NCBI GenBank assembly: GCA_026936335.1
Contig: JAPMXV010000055.1
Coordinates: 62,001-126,000, forward strand
DNA length: 64,000 bases
Direction: 5' to 3'
DNA from: Mantamonas sphyraenae STR306
Lineage: Eukaryota; Protista; CRuMs
The translations under genes and the position numbers were made by a program. The stretch's first letter is position 1. Every line of letters starts with the position of its first letter. The notes below the pieces were generated by a model that worked only from the letters and a program-made list of their open reading frames with translations, ran no database searches and was not told where the DNA came from. Below are positions 37,765-49,518 of this stretch, in pieces.

Positions 37765-40700
37765 TCAGCGCTTCATTCCTGCCCTCAATCCGGTTTCCGT
37801 GTTGCGACGCAACAGCGGGGGTGGCCCACGACGTGACAGCCGTCTCGAGGGATCCAAATGCGTGGACGTCTGCGTGTCATGCGAGCCCGTGGTGCTGGTG
37901 CTGGTCGCCTTGCGCAGCGTGGCTGTGTTTTGCGACTGAATGCTGTGTGTGCTGTGCACGGAGCCAGACGTCATCAGCGTGCCACGACGTCGCTGGTTGT
38001 TGCTCGACTGCAGACGCGCACTCAGTGAGTCCTCACTGTCCCGTTCCAACAGTGACGACGTGCTCGCCTGCGATGTCAGCATGGGCAGAAGCACGCGTTT
38101 CGACACGTGCAATCCAGTCACCTCGTATGCAGCCATATCAGGCGCACACTTGCGCAATGCCATCACCATGGCCTGCAAGAACAGTGCATCTTGGTGCTTG
38201 TGCCACACAAACACCAAGCGACGCACCCAGAACCCCCGCCAGCATGCCTGGATCCTCACCGCCGCCGCCGTACGCTTGCGCACCAGACGCTTCAGCTCCA
38301 CGCGTGACTTCCACCGCCGGTACATGTGTTGGATGCGCATCACCGCGCGCGTCAGACGCGCCAACTTGAACGACTCACGCATGTGTGTGCCCGCTCGCAC
38401 CAGCTTCCTTCGCCGTTCGTAGTCCCATCCTCGTCGTGTGTGATGCCCTCGGTACATGCGCTGGATGTTCACCGCCGCCCGTGTGGCCCTGTGCAGCCTG
38501 TACCACCGCTGCACCTTGGTCGTTGCAAAGCGCATCTCAAACAGCTGCAGCTTCAGGAACCGGGCCACCACCTTGGCCATGGCCTTGCGTCGGTGGTACC
38601 TCCAGTTGCGCTGGATGGTCCACGCCGCGTTTTGCAGGTCGATGTACGGGTGGCCAAAGTGTGCCAGGCCGCCGTACACCTTGCGTGCCCGGTAGCCGCG
38701 GTACACCCGTTGGATGAGCACCACGGCGTTCATCCGCTTCAGGCGCACCGTACTCACGTGGTACCTCGCCCACTCCTGGATACGCCGTGCGGCCCAGCTC
38801 CGCTTGGCCATCAGCTCGCGCCGGTGTGCACGCGCGAGATGCGATCGCACCGCGTGTTGGATGATCACACTGGCGTTGTGCTCTGTGTGTGCCTTGGGCG
38901 GGAACGCAGACCAGCAGAACGGCTTTGGATACTCCAGCGAACTCCGGAACGCCACTGCTTCGCTCACCTCCCGCTGTCGTTCCCGCTCTTCCGCCATCCG
39001 CTTTGCACGGCGCCTGTCTGCACGCGCACGTGCCTTGCTACCATCCTCGTCGTCTGTCACGTCTTCCTCCTCATCCTCTGCGCCCCCGTTACGCTGCAGC
39101 TGTTGCTCTGCGCTCTCCTCAAACCCACCGTACTCGTTGTTCAGAGTCAGGAACGCGTCGCAGCCAAACGCATCCTCCGGCAGGTGCAGGAACGGATACG
39201 CGCCAAAGTTCACCATCAGAGACGGGATAGTACTCGCCCTTGTTGGGTGCAGGCCCGCTCTCGTCCGCAGACACCGTCGTGATGTTGTCAAACGCCTGGT
39301 CAAACAGATCGCTCACGTCTGACGGCGACGACGATCGCACAAACCGGTCCATGTGCTCCCGGATCACTGTGCGTTGGTCTGTGCTCAGACGCCTGTCAAA
39401 AGACGTCATGTGCGACAGCATGCTCGGTGTGGGCGATACATGGCCGTCCATCGCATCGGTGGAGCTCACATCCGAGTTGCTGCGCGACCTACCATTCCCA
39501 GTCGCCATCATCGCCGCTCCAGTCCCAGCCACCTTGCTCACCGTCAACGTGATGTTGCTACTGGATGGCATGCCTGCGTCTGAATCCATCTTGATGTCCC
39601 CCATGCGGCTGGGTCCTCCACCTTGGGACCAGAACACATCCGGAGTGCGCAGAGCACGCAGGTTGGCATATGTAAAGTCGTCCAGTGCATCCTTGGCCAT
39701 GCTGCGGCCTCGGATTGCCATGGACGGAATCAGCTGCTCTTTGCGGATCAGCTGGCCGTGCTCGCGCTGCACGTCTTCGGCAAACGCCTCGGCATCCACA
39801 CCGAATGCATGGCCCATGTATTCGCCGTCAATGTACAGGCCCAGCACACCGGAATTCAGATCCGCCAGGAATCCGAGCACTTGGCACGAGTGGATGGCCT
39901 TGCGCCACGTGAACGAGTCCACATACGGGTAGCGCACCGAGTCGTGGAACACAGAGCCGTCCGAGGCAAACCCAAAGCTTTCCGGGTCGCTGCCTGGGTA
40001 TTCGCTCTCGGACAGTGGATTGATGGTCCATCCAATGCGCCACTCGGTGCCTTCGACCACGTGCACCTCAAAATAGAAACGCGACGACATTTCCAGGCGC
40101 GAGTCCATCTGGTCCAGCACGCCGAGCACCCCGGCCTTGATCGCCTGCTCCCCATGCAGTGACATCAGCGACCCACCGGGTACAGAGTAGCCCAGCGTGT
40201 CCAGTCGCTCCTGTACAAGCACCTTTGTCATCGACGGCCGCGACAGGATGTTGGCGTGCAGCATATGGGACGGATGTGCAGCGTCCAGCAGCCGCGCGAG
40301 CGTGCGGATGGCCGTCACCGTGGCCGCCACGTCTTTGATGGCCGGCTTTGCCTGTGCAATCATGTCACGCACCATAGGCCTGTCGGATCGCCGAATCATC
40401 CACGGTCCCTCTGTGGCACGCACCTGCGCCCACGTCGGATTCTGAGTACGTGGTGCCGTGTTGGCACAAGACAAGTCGCCGTTTTCCAGACGGATGTACG
40501 GCGAGCGATCCAACGGGTTCAGCGTAATCTTGCGGTGCAGCTTGTTGGACGCATCGGACGCCTTGACGCGTCCCAACGCAAGTCCCTCGTCGTGCAGCCG
40601 TGTCAGCAGCGCCTCCTTCTGCTCCTGCACCATGTTGCGACTGGCACGCGCCAGCAGCTCGCCAAACCGTGTGACCAGACTCGGGCCGTGCGTGAAGCTT

Positions 40701-42191
40701 TCATGCAGTTCGCTCTCGCGCTTCTTGCTCCGTTCGTACAACTCGTGCGCCAGCTTCTCCCTGTGTTCCGGGACACGCAGGAGCAACACGCGCTCCCGTC
40801 GGATCAATTCGATGCGTTCCATGCGCTTGAGTCGCGTGCGCTCCTGCGGGTTGATGATGGCGGCAATGCCGTCTGTGCGCAACGCCGCTGCCTCCTTCAT
40901 GCGGTCCACCTCCTCACTGAGCGACTGGATGCGCTGTAGGTCCTTCTTGTCGGCCGCCGTGCTCTCTTTGGCCTGCAGAAGCATGTATGCACGTGCCGAG
41001 CTTGCCCACTCCTCCACCATCTGCGTCTCCTTTTGCATCACCTCGCTCTTTGTCACCATCACTTCAGCAGTCGTCAGCGCCTCGTCCTTGATCTTGTACC
41101 ATTCCAGGTTTTCGATGTTGCCCTGGTATCCATCGCCGTCGTCGCTGCTCGAATCGGAATCCGAAAACGTGCCTGTGGCCACGGCGTCGCCCACCTGCTG
41201 CATCAGATTCGTTGACGACCCTCGCCGTCGCGCAATCATCGATCTGCGCCGCGACATGGTGCTCACTCGTGACTGTACACTGCCTCGTCGGCTGCCTCCG
41301 TGTTGCGTCCCTCCTGCCACGCTGTTGCGTCCCCGGCCGCGCACTACAGACCCTGCCAGCGGATGCCCGCCGGGTCCCACTCCTCGCCGGCCCGTTGCCG
41401 TCGACCGGGCACGCGACACACGCGACACACGCGACATTGAATCTGAAACCTGTTCGCCCGCCTCTCCTTCCTCGTCCTCAGAGAGCTCCTCGTCCGAGAA
41501 GCCCAGAAACTCGTCGGGTTCGCCGAGCTCAAAGTCACCCGTGCTGTGTGCCGAGATGAGCACGTTTGTCAGGTTCTCGGCACGTTTGGCAGCTCTGCAG
41601 CGCGGGTGTCACGTGTGCGTGTGTGGGTGAACACAGTGCTGTGTGTGTCAGGTGTTGTGCTGAGTGGGAGCGAGAAAAGGCAAAACGCAACGGCTCGCAA
41701 CGAAAGGACCAAACTGCAAAAACGCACCCGCTTTGCGCCTGTTCGTCCTCAAACTTGCGCTTCTCACGATCTGCCGCTCGGCGTTGATTGAGACGCAAGT
41801 TGAAGTCTGTGATGGAGCCTGTCTTGGCTTGCTGCAGCTCGTGGCGGAGGATCTTCTTGCGGCCACGAAAGGTCACTCGCTCGTAGCTCAGACCACGCTG
41901 GGTCTCCTGCGCATTGAACTCCATGTCCTTGCGCTCCTTGCTCACTTGCTGCGTGGATTGCTCCCCCTTGTCCTTGTTGCGCTTGCGTCGTCGCGAATTG
42001 CTGCGTCGGTTGCCAGACGACGCTTTCGTTGCCACAGGCGGGTCCTCAGGCACGCCCACATCCGTCACCTGAACCAAACCCCCTTCGGATACGTCCGGGA
42101 TGGCAATGCGCGCCTCCACGCCCTCTGAGCCGCCGCTTCCGTGTGCCACGTTGTGTGTGGAGTCGATCGGCGGCAGCGACACGCCAGACAT
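37765..42191 (-). CDS. Coiled-coil + SPRY + multiple IQ-motif protein; intron ~41737-41595, apparent indel near 39224
   Basis: SPRY motifs (AQVRAT, FYFEVHV, WRIGWT, PGSDPESFGF, VNFGAYPF) and about seven IQ motifs (IQRVYRGYRARK, IQRMYRGHHTRR, IQACWRGFWVRR). Confidence 0.78.
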
Positions 42192-42354
42192 CGTCGTTCG
42201 TTTGGTCTCCTGCGCGCATGAACCATTCCGTCTCAGCTGCGACCCTCCATCAACGTGTCAAGCTGGGGTCGGTGACGTGACCAGAGGCAGGACCAGCAGG
42301 CTCTCTGGCAAGATTGCAGGACCAGGACCGATGCGCCGGCGGGGCCACACGGAC

Positions 42355-42538
42355 GCACTCTTCAAAAGCGGGTTTGGCCTGTGGACTCGTCGTGTGGTCG
42401 CTTCGGCGGCTCTCATGGCGGCTGTTTGCAGTGGCCTTGCTTCGTAGACAAAGGGTGCAGAGAAATGAGGGAGGTCTCGTCGCCGAGACGTCCCGGCAGC
42501 AACTGGTTGCGGCGTGCTCGGCTGCTTTCCTCACAGCC
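42355..42538 (+). ncRNA. Intergenic box H/ACA-like RNA candidate
   Basis: Hairpin 42355-42458 capped by C(UUCG)G, H box AGAGAA at 42459-42464, a second hairpin 42467-42532, then ACA at 42533-42535. The many G-U pairs work only on the + strand. Confidence 0.5.
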
Positions 42539-42839
42539 TTGCTCGTTCGCTTCCGCCTCAAAACGTTGTTTTGTAACATTTTCATTGTGCATGGTTCACG
42601 TCCCCTTCCTCTTCACAGCCTCCCCGACCCTGATGGGCCGGGGCGGACGCAGGTTTTGCATGCATGCCCTTTGCCAGCCTTTCCCCCTCCCTCCTGCCCA
42701 CCACATGCGTCGAATCCATGCACGCCCATGTGGACCCCTGTACAGTCATTGCCGGGCCGTATGGATGTGTTTCCACAGAGCTCACAACCAAAATGAATCC
42801 ACAAACTTGCACGTCCGCTGTCCTTTTTGCGCTGCGCTG

Positions 42840-44058
42840 ACGTGCTGCCTCTTCCTTGGCCACTTCCATCTCTTCTTGCATCTCCTGTCCATCCTCTTGC
42901 TCCTCATGCTCCTCCTTCTGCACTTGCGCCCCTTGCTCCGCATTTGTGGCCTGGTCCGCTCCTCCAGCGTTTGCCCTGTTCCCCTTTGTGTCACAATGCA
43001 CGGTGTGTGGCGAGTGAGGCGGTGGCAATGATGGACAGGTGGAGAGTTGGGTCGGTGGTGTGTGAGTGAGAAGGAGTGAGTGTGGAATGATCCGCGCTGG
43101 GCCGTGCAAACACTCAGAAGAAGCAATGGACTCGGCATCGACGGCAGTGGTGGGCACGATTATTTATGCCATTGTGTGGCTGGCAGGCATGGTGTTTGTG
43201 CAGACGAAGCACAAGTCGCAGATTCCGTGAGTGGCAGTGGGAGTTGTGGGAGACGGGGTGGCGTGGGAGGGGTGGGCGGCTGACACACCAGGTGGTGTCT
43301 GTGTCTGGATGGATGTGTGTGGGGGGGGGTTGTCGTTGAATACGTGGGATACGATGCAGGTTCTATCGGGTGCTTGTGTCGATGACTGTGGCGTGCATGT
43401 GGCTGATGTGGCTGGTGGTGTTCTTGTCGCAGATGAACCCGGTGGCGTTCCCGCTGCGGCCTCCTCAGGGCCAGGGGGAGCACTGATGAGATGAAGGAGA
43501 GGAGGAGAGAAGTGAGAAGGGGAACGAGGGAAGGAGGAGACGAGACGAGGAGGAGTTGATGAGAGACAGGGGATGGAGGAAGGAGGAGGGAGAAAGGCGG
43601 AGGAGGGCGTGGGGCTGGACGGCGGCGTGGACAAGAGCGTGTGTGGGAGGCAGGAGAAGGAAATGACACGTAATGACAGAAGGATGTGAGAGATGGATGT
43701 GTGGGAGGAGGGAAGGCAGGTGTGGGGATAGGCGGGGGCATGTGAGTGTGGAGGACGGGGGCCAGGAGCTGGGGTCGGCTGAATGTGCTCGGGAGGGGAG
43801 GGCAGAGCAGAGCATGGGAAGGGATGGAGAAGGAACGCAGAGGGGCCGGGGGAGAGAGAGATGACGAGAGAGGCGGGAGAGGACACAGCGCGAGAGCAGA
43901 GGGATGGATGGATGGTTGCATGCACCCCTAAACGTGGAGTGCGTGAATCTTTGTATTCTCCCCTGCTGGTGTGACTGTGTCCCTGACATGCTCTGTTCTG
44001 CTCTGCCGATGCCATCCTTGCTTGGCACCCACTCTGCTTCCGTCTCTGCACTCACTTT
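42840..44058 (+). repeat. Inverted duplication B, left (derived) arm, with a 293-bp internal deletion
   Basis: Reverse complement of 51514-53024 except for a 293-bp segment deleted between two GGGGAA hexamers (52587 and 52880). Confidence 0.96.
43126..43486 (+). CDS. ATP6V0E: V-type ATPase V0 subunit e, copy 1 (75 aa); exons 43126-43226 and 43360-43486
   Basis: Spliced product MDSASTAVVGTIIYAIVWLAGMVFVQTKHKSQIPFYRVLVSMTVACMWLMWLVVFLSQMNPVAFPLRPPQGQGEH has two TMs and the CxWLxW....xQxNP signature of Vma9/ATP6V0E. It is absent from the ORF track. Confidence 0.9.
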
Positions 44059-44073
44059 GCAATTGCCGGTCGT

Positions 44074-45363
44074 TCAAAGGTCGCTGTCGGAGCGAGCGAT
44101 CCATGCTAGCGCGCCAAAGAGCGCTGCCATGGACGCTGTCAGCACCAACGGGTCGACCTTTGCTCTGCGCACCTCGCCTCTTTGGTCTTTCACACTGTGC
44201 ACGCTTGCATCGTCGTGGTGTGGCGAGTCTTGCGTCGTCGTCCGTTGTGTCCTGTCTTCTTGCGCGCCAAAGGCACTTCCAGCCTCGGCTGGGGTCTGGA
44301 CAGGACTCCCATGGTGCATTGTCACCGGGTCCTGTGTATCCTGTGTGGGTTGATCTTTGGGCAGGAGCTCATCCAATTGTCGTTGAGCGTCCGAGGCTGC
44401 TGGGTGTTCGGAAAAGCCGTCGATCACCTGCTTCAGCATGGCAATCTGGTCTTCAGTGCGTCCTTGCAGCCTGTAACATGTGGCCAGGTGCATGATAGAC
44501 AGCACGTCGGCCTCGTCCGCTGCCATGGCTGTGCGCAGGGACTCCTCGGCCGATGGCAGCTGGCCCAGCTTCATGTGAGTGAGCCCCAGGTTGGCGTGTG
44601 CATTACCACACAGAGGATCCAGTTGCACCGCACGCTCAAAGTATGCCAATGCCTCTTTGTACTTGCCGTGTTGCTCCAGCACGACCCCGATGTTGTTGGC
44701 GAGTTCGGCGCTGGGTTCCAGCTCCAGCTGCCTGCTGAGATGCACCACAGCTCGCTGATACATGTCCAGCGACAGATACACAGACCCCAGGTAGGAATGA
44801 GCGCGTGGGTTGTTTTCGTTGACCACCAGGGCTTCCTTGAGATACACAAGCGCCCCTTCGGTGTCGTCCAGAGCCACGCAGCATCGCGCGCACTCCACAC
44901 AGCATTGGTCTCCCACTGTGTATCCATTGCGTGCGCTCACACTTTTGGTGGTATATGCAGTGTCTGCGGCCACACCCATTGGGCCACTGTTGCTGCTGCT
45001 GCTTGCCAGCTGCTCGTCTTGCAACCCTTCGGCGTCGACCAAATATAGCAGCTCAAACACCTCCAGGGCCTCTTCGTATTCGCCCAACTTCATGTACGCC
45101 ATGCCCATTGTGTAGGCCACCTCACAGTGCATCACCTCATCGAGTTCACCTTCTTGTTCTGGAAGCAACTCCAGCAGCCGTTGCGCAGTTGCCACGCAGC
45201 GCGCCATTTCCCCGGCGTCGAAGCTTACGTCCACAAGCAACCGCAGTACTGCCACATTGTCCTCTTGCAGATCCTTGGCCTTGCGCAACATGTTCATGGC
45301 CGCCGATAGCAGGTTACGGTCTTGATAGCTCTTGGCTGCGGCCAGCAGCTCCTCCACGTCCAT
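44074..45363 (-). CDS. TPR-repeat protein with C-terminal hydrophobic tail anchor
   Basis: Repeated TPR units (AYTMGMAYMKLGEYEEAL, NNIGVVLEQHGKYKEALAYFERAVQLDP) and terminal PLVLTASMAALFGALAWIA. Confidence 0.82.
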   Translation of the reverse strand: MDVEELLAAAKSYQDRNLLSAAMNMLRKAKDLQEDNVAVLRLLVDVSFDAGEMARCVATAQRLLELLPEQEGELDEVMHCEVAYTMGMAYMKLGEYEEALEVFELLYLVDAEGLQDEQLASSSSNSGPMGVAADTAYTTKSVSARNGYTVGDQCCVECARCCVALDDTEGALVYLKEALVVNENNPRAHSYLGSVYLSLDMYQRAVVHLSRQLELEPSAELANNIGVVLEQHGKYKEALAYFERAVQLDPLCGNAHANLGLTHMKLGQLPSAEESLRTAMAADEADVLSIMHLATCYRLQGRTEDQIAMLKQVIDGFSEHPAASDAQRQLDELLPKDQPTQDTQDPVTMHHGSPVQTPAEAGSAFGAQEDRTQRTTTQDSPHHDDASVHSVKDQRGEVRRAKVDPLVLTASMAALFGALAWIARSDSDL

Positions 45364-45482
45364 GGCCTGGCTGCGCCAGCGCCGTCGCCGCCATCTCTCA
45401 TTGTTCGTGCAGCACAACTTCTGTACACACCTCCTTCTACACACACACATACACACACACACACACACTTGCATCCACGAGC

Positions 45483-47293
45483 ATGAGCAACGGCCTGACG
45501 CTGGATCCGCTTGATCCAACCTCGGACAACTTTGGCCTTCAGCGAGAGTACGTGGGCCTGAAGCACAACACAGGAATGACCACCACGGTGGCATTCAATC
45601 CACAAGGCACTCTCCTCGCTGTAGGGCGCATCCAGGGCTCTATCGGCGTGTACGACACCCTCACGCGTGCTCCTGTGCACGACGACTTTCTGCTCGGCAT
45701 CGCCAAGCAAGCTGTCACCCGCATCTGGTAGGTACAGCCCCAAACACACGCATCCCCCAACGTCCAGTGCGTACAACGTTTCCTGTGCGCCGCTTTGTTG
45801 TGTCCTTTCGTCTCTCTCTCTCTCTGTGCGCGCGTGTTTGTGTGTCCTGGGTGTCAACGCTGATCACACCCCTCACCCTTCACTCCCGATTTCCACCCGC
45901 AACCCGGTGGCCCTCCACAGTTGGTCTCGTTCGGGACGCTACATTATGTCTGTACAAGAGATTGCAGTGACTCTGTGGGACCTGGTAAGTGTGCGTGTGG
46001 GAGGAAGCAGCTGTGGCGCGTGGTGGCCTGCTGACACCGCTGGTCCCCGCCAACTCACCCACCATTGACGCGGCAACCAGGCACAAACAAAGCCCGTGGG
46101 CTCGTCTGCCTTTATGGACGAGGGCAAAATCATCCACGCGGACCTTCATCCACTGAAACAGTGAGTTGACGTGTGTTCTGTGCTGCCCATGTGCAGCAGC
46201 AGAGCTTGGGGCTTCGAGGTGGGATGTGCTCCGCCCACAACTCACCCAACTCACCCAACCCACAGCCGACTGGCAGTGGTTTGCCACACAGCAGGCATGC
46301 CCCAGCTGGTAGACTTTGAATCCAACAGCAGGGTGAGCCTGGACTGCATTCGCGAGTACTATCGCAAAGCAAACGAGACAGTGGCGAGTCTCAAGGCCCA
46401 ACAGGCGCAGGCAGCCGGCAACGGCGACACGCCTGCAAGTGGAGGCAACAGCAGACGTCGTGGAGGCGGGGCGGCTCCCAAACTCAAACAGGTTGATTTG
46501 GACTCGCTGTTTGCCTCGGTGGCGATCTTTGATCCTGCGGGCGAAGGCATCATTGTCAGCGTGCTGGACACCATCTTCCTGGTGGACATCAAATCCTTGG
46601 AGCTGGTGGGCTGTTTCCATCTCACTGGATCGCACAACAACAGGCACGCAGTGAGCCAGATGGCACTGGACGAGGCTGGCACTCTGTTGTTGGTGCGCAC
46701 AGAGCGTAGCGTGATGGTGTACGGCATCAGCACCCTCGGCTCCATCATGCCCGTGGGCCAGGCTGCCAGTGTGCTCACAGACTTTCAGGACCACGTCGAC
46801 CAGAAACGCTGGACCACCTTTGCTGTGGGTGGCCACAACATGGTCTCGACAAACTACGTCCTCACTGCCTCGAGTGACGTCGAGCAACATCTAGTGTACA
46901 TGTGGAACATCCAAGGCAAGCTCGACTACACCTTTCACGGCCCGCCCAACGATCCGGTTGTGGATGTGGCGTGGCATCCTCGTGCCCCAACTGCCGTCAC
47001 CGTCTCCAAGAACGGCATGGTTTTCTTCTGGACCCCGGGCTTCACCCAAAAGTTCAGCGCCTTCCAGCACGACTTTGAAGAGCTGCTGGAGAATGTGGAG
47101 TACAAGGAGCGTGAGGACGAGTTTGATGACCTCACCGAGCTCGAAAAGGAGCTGGTCGCTGCCGGCCTTGTCGAGAGCGATGAAGACGTCCAGCAGAGGG
47201 CACAAGATGCAGAGGCTGCCGACGTGGACATCGAGACTGTGGCCTCTGCACCAACTCACCAGTCTTCCATTGTGGCAACCATCGAAGCGGCGC

Positions 47294-47332
<39 letters not shown>

Positions 47333-47607
47333 GCGACGGCGGAGGTGATGCCATGGAACAAGACGATCAACACGGTGCTTCTCTGGTCATGCAGCTCATC
47401 AACAGTCTGGAGGTGGACACTGACGAGGACTTTTTCCCACGAGTGTCTGTAGGCAGCGCGCCCAAGTCTGCCATCAACATGGACTCACTCAAGCGAAGAC
47501 GGGAACAGCTGCAGGCCAAGTACAACGCTGAACAGACGCAGGCGGATGGGGCCGATGTCAAGCGGCAACGCGTTGGGACGGGAGAAGCGGTGGAGGCGGC
47601 CGGGTAG
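45483..47607 (+). CDS. RBBP5: RBBP5/Swd1 WD40 subunit of COMPASS; three 5' introns
   Basis: AFNPQGTLLAVG, WSRSGRYI, FQDHVDQKRW, DVAWHP and FSAFQHDFEELLENVEYKEREDEFD motifs. Confidence 0.9.
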
Positions 47608-47635
47608 CAATTGCGGCGATGCAATTTCATTCTCT

Positions 47636-47690
47636 TCATTCCAGCTTGCGCAGTCGCTTCTTCTTCTTCTTCGTCTTGGTCTTTGAGTCG

Positions 47691-47727
<37 letters not shown>

Positions 47728-47773
47728 TCTTGCTCTTCTTCTTCTTGGGCGACTTTGTGCTGGTGCGAGTATC

Positions 47774-47811
<38 letters not shown>

Positions 47812-49510
47812 GTTTCCGCTTCTTGCTGGCCTTCTTTGCCTCCTTTCTGGCCAGCTTCTCCGCCTTTTTCGCTGCTTTGGCTTCCTTCTTGGCTTTCTTT
47901 GCTTCCCTCTTGGCTCTCTTTGCTTCCTTCTTTGCCAATTTCTCAGCCTTCTTGGCGGCTTTGGCGGCCTTCTTGGCTGCCTTTTTCTCCTTCTTGCTCA
48001 GCTTCTTGAGCAAAGTGGTTGTGGTTGTGGTTGTGGTTGTGGTTGTGGTGGTGGTTGTTTCCTCTTCCTCCTCCTCCATGGCATCGTCGTCGTTCCAGGA
48101 GCGCTTCTTCACAGTCACGGCCATCGAGTTGGCCCCCGTGCCAGCCATGGATGCCTGTCCGCCTGCTCCGCGCTGTGTGTAGCTGTACATGTGCTTGTAT
48201 TCGTCCGGAACACTGTGGGCGTTGAAGCGCTGTGAGATCTTTTCCTCGTTCTGCACGCGAGCCGACGTGAACGACGGATCGTACAGGGGCCCGTTGTACA
48301 CAATTTCGTGTTTCTTGGGAGGGGCCTTCTTTCTGCCGGGTGTTACAAACCCGGTGCCCGTGAACCCGATGGCCTCCATCTTGGCCGCAAAGTATTCGTA
48401 CAGATTGCCTGCCGTGGAGAACAGGCCCTCCTCTTCCGCAAGCACACCTGTGCCACGTCTCTTGCCCGACTCGGAATCAGAATCAGAATCAGAGTCGGAA
48501 TCAGAGCCAGAGTCGTCGTCGTCGTCCTCGGAACCATCGCTTCCGTCACCCAATCCCGAGTTGGACACAAACTCGTGCAGTGAAGAGTATCCGCCGCCCA
48601 CAAAGTTACCGCTCTCTTCCTTGAACGAGGCCATCTTGGATTCGTCAGCAACCCCAAAGATCTCCTTCAGCTGCGCCTCTGAGTACTTGCTCACGTCCTT
48701 TGCCCTTGCCCGCTTGTCGAAACTGGCCATGCTGTGTGTGTGGGGGGTGAGGGGGAAGGGGGCCATGCGTGTGTCAGCCAAACAAATGCCAAACATGGCC
48801 ACGGATGATCTCAATCCGTCCACTTACACGCGTGGTTTGCCTCGCATGCGTCGACGCTGTGCTGCACGCCTGCGTCGTGCTTGATCTTCTTCGTCGCTGC
48901 TATCGTCACTGCTGCTGCTGTCGTCGTCGTCATCGTCATCGCTGCTGCTCTCTTCGCTCTCGCTCTCCTCCTTCTTTTTGCTCTTCCTTTTGCTGCTGCT
49001 GCTCTTCTTGCTGCTCTTGCTGCTCTTCTTGCCGGACTTTTTCGACTTGCCGGCCTTCTCCTCCTCCTCCTGACGTGCACTCAGGGTGGACAGCAACTTG
49101 TCAAAGCTGCGCGAGGTGTGCAACCAGTGGTAGTCTGCATTGGTTGCTCCCACGCCTGTGTGTGTCCACAGTCCGTGTCAGCTGCCGTTGGGCTCCGTGG
49201 GTGGGGGTACCCATGCATGCGTGCACCCACCGCCTTTTACTCACCTCGGTTGTCGATGCGTTTCTCCACTCGCAGGAATGTCGTGCGTCCTGTGTTTTCT
49301 GCTCCCAGCCCCATTCCGCTCTTCCAACCCATCTGTTCCATCAACCGCCGCGCATTGTTTGGGTTCTCCGGATTCGCACTACAGACTCGACGAAACCGTG
49401 GTCGTGTCAGCCCACCTCACCGTGCCAAGCATACATTCATTGCCCGTTCTCGGTTATGTCTCTGCATGCGCCACCCATCCCATCACACGCTCGACTCACA
49501 AATGCGACAT
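47636..49510 (-). CDS. PINX1: G-patch nucleolar protein, PINX1/Pxr1(Gno1)-like, with KKE/KKA-rich tail; ~4 introns, start approximate
   Basis: G-patch ARRLMEQMGWKSGMGLGAENTG..RVEKRIDNR/GVGA, W....SFDKLLSTL, RAKDVSKYSEAQLKEIFG and YEYFAAKM. Confidence 0.8.
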
Positions 49511-49518
49511 GGCTGCTG

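Noticed and set aside
42240-42540. Telomerase RNA, RNase P/MRP, SRP or U17/snR30 identity for the structured region
   Set aside because: No CTAACCCT-type template, no matching P4 pair, no SRP helix-8 motif and no m1/m2 motifs.
43160-44055. Pro/Ser-rich ORFs in both arms of duplication B
   Set aside because: Translations of purine/pyrimidine-skewed intron and 3' flank sequence, with frames disrupted between copies. The real gene is the spliced V-ATPase subunit e.
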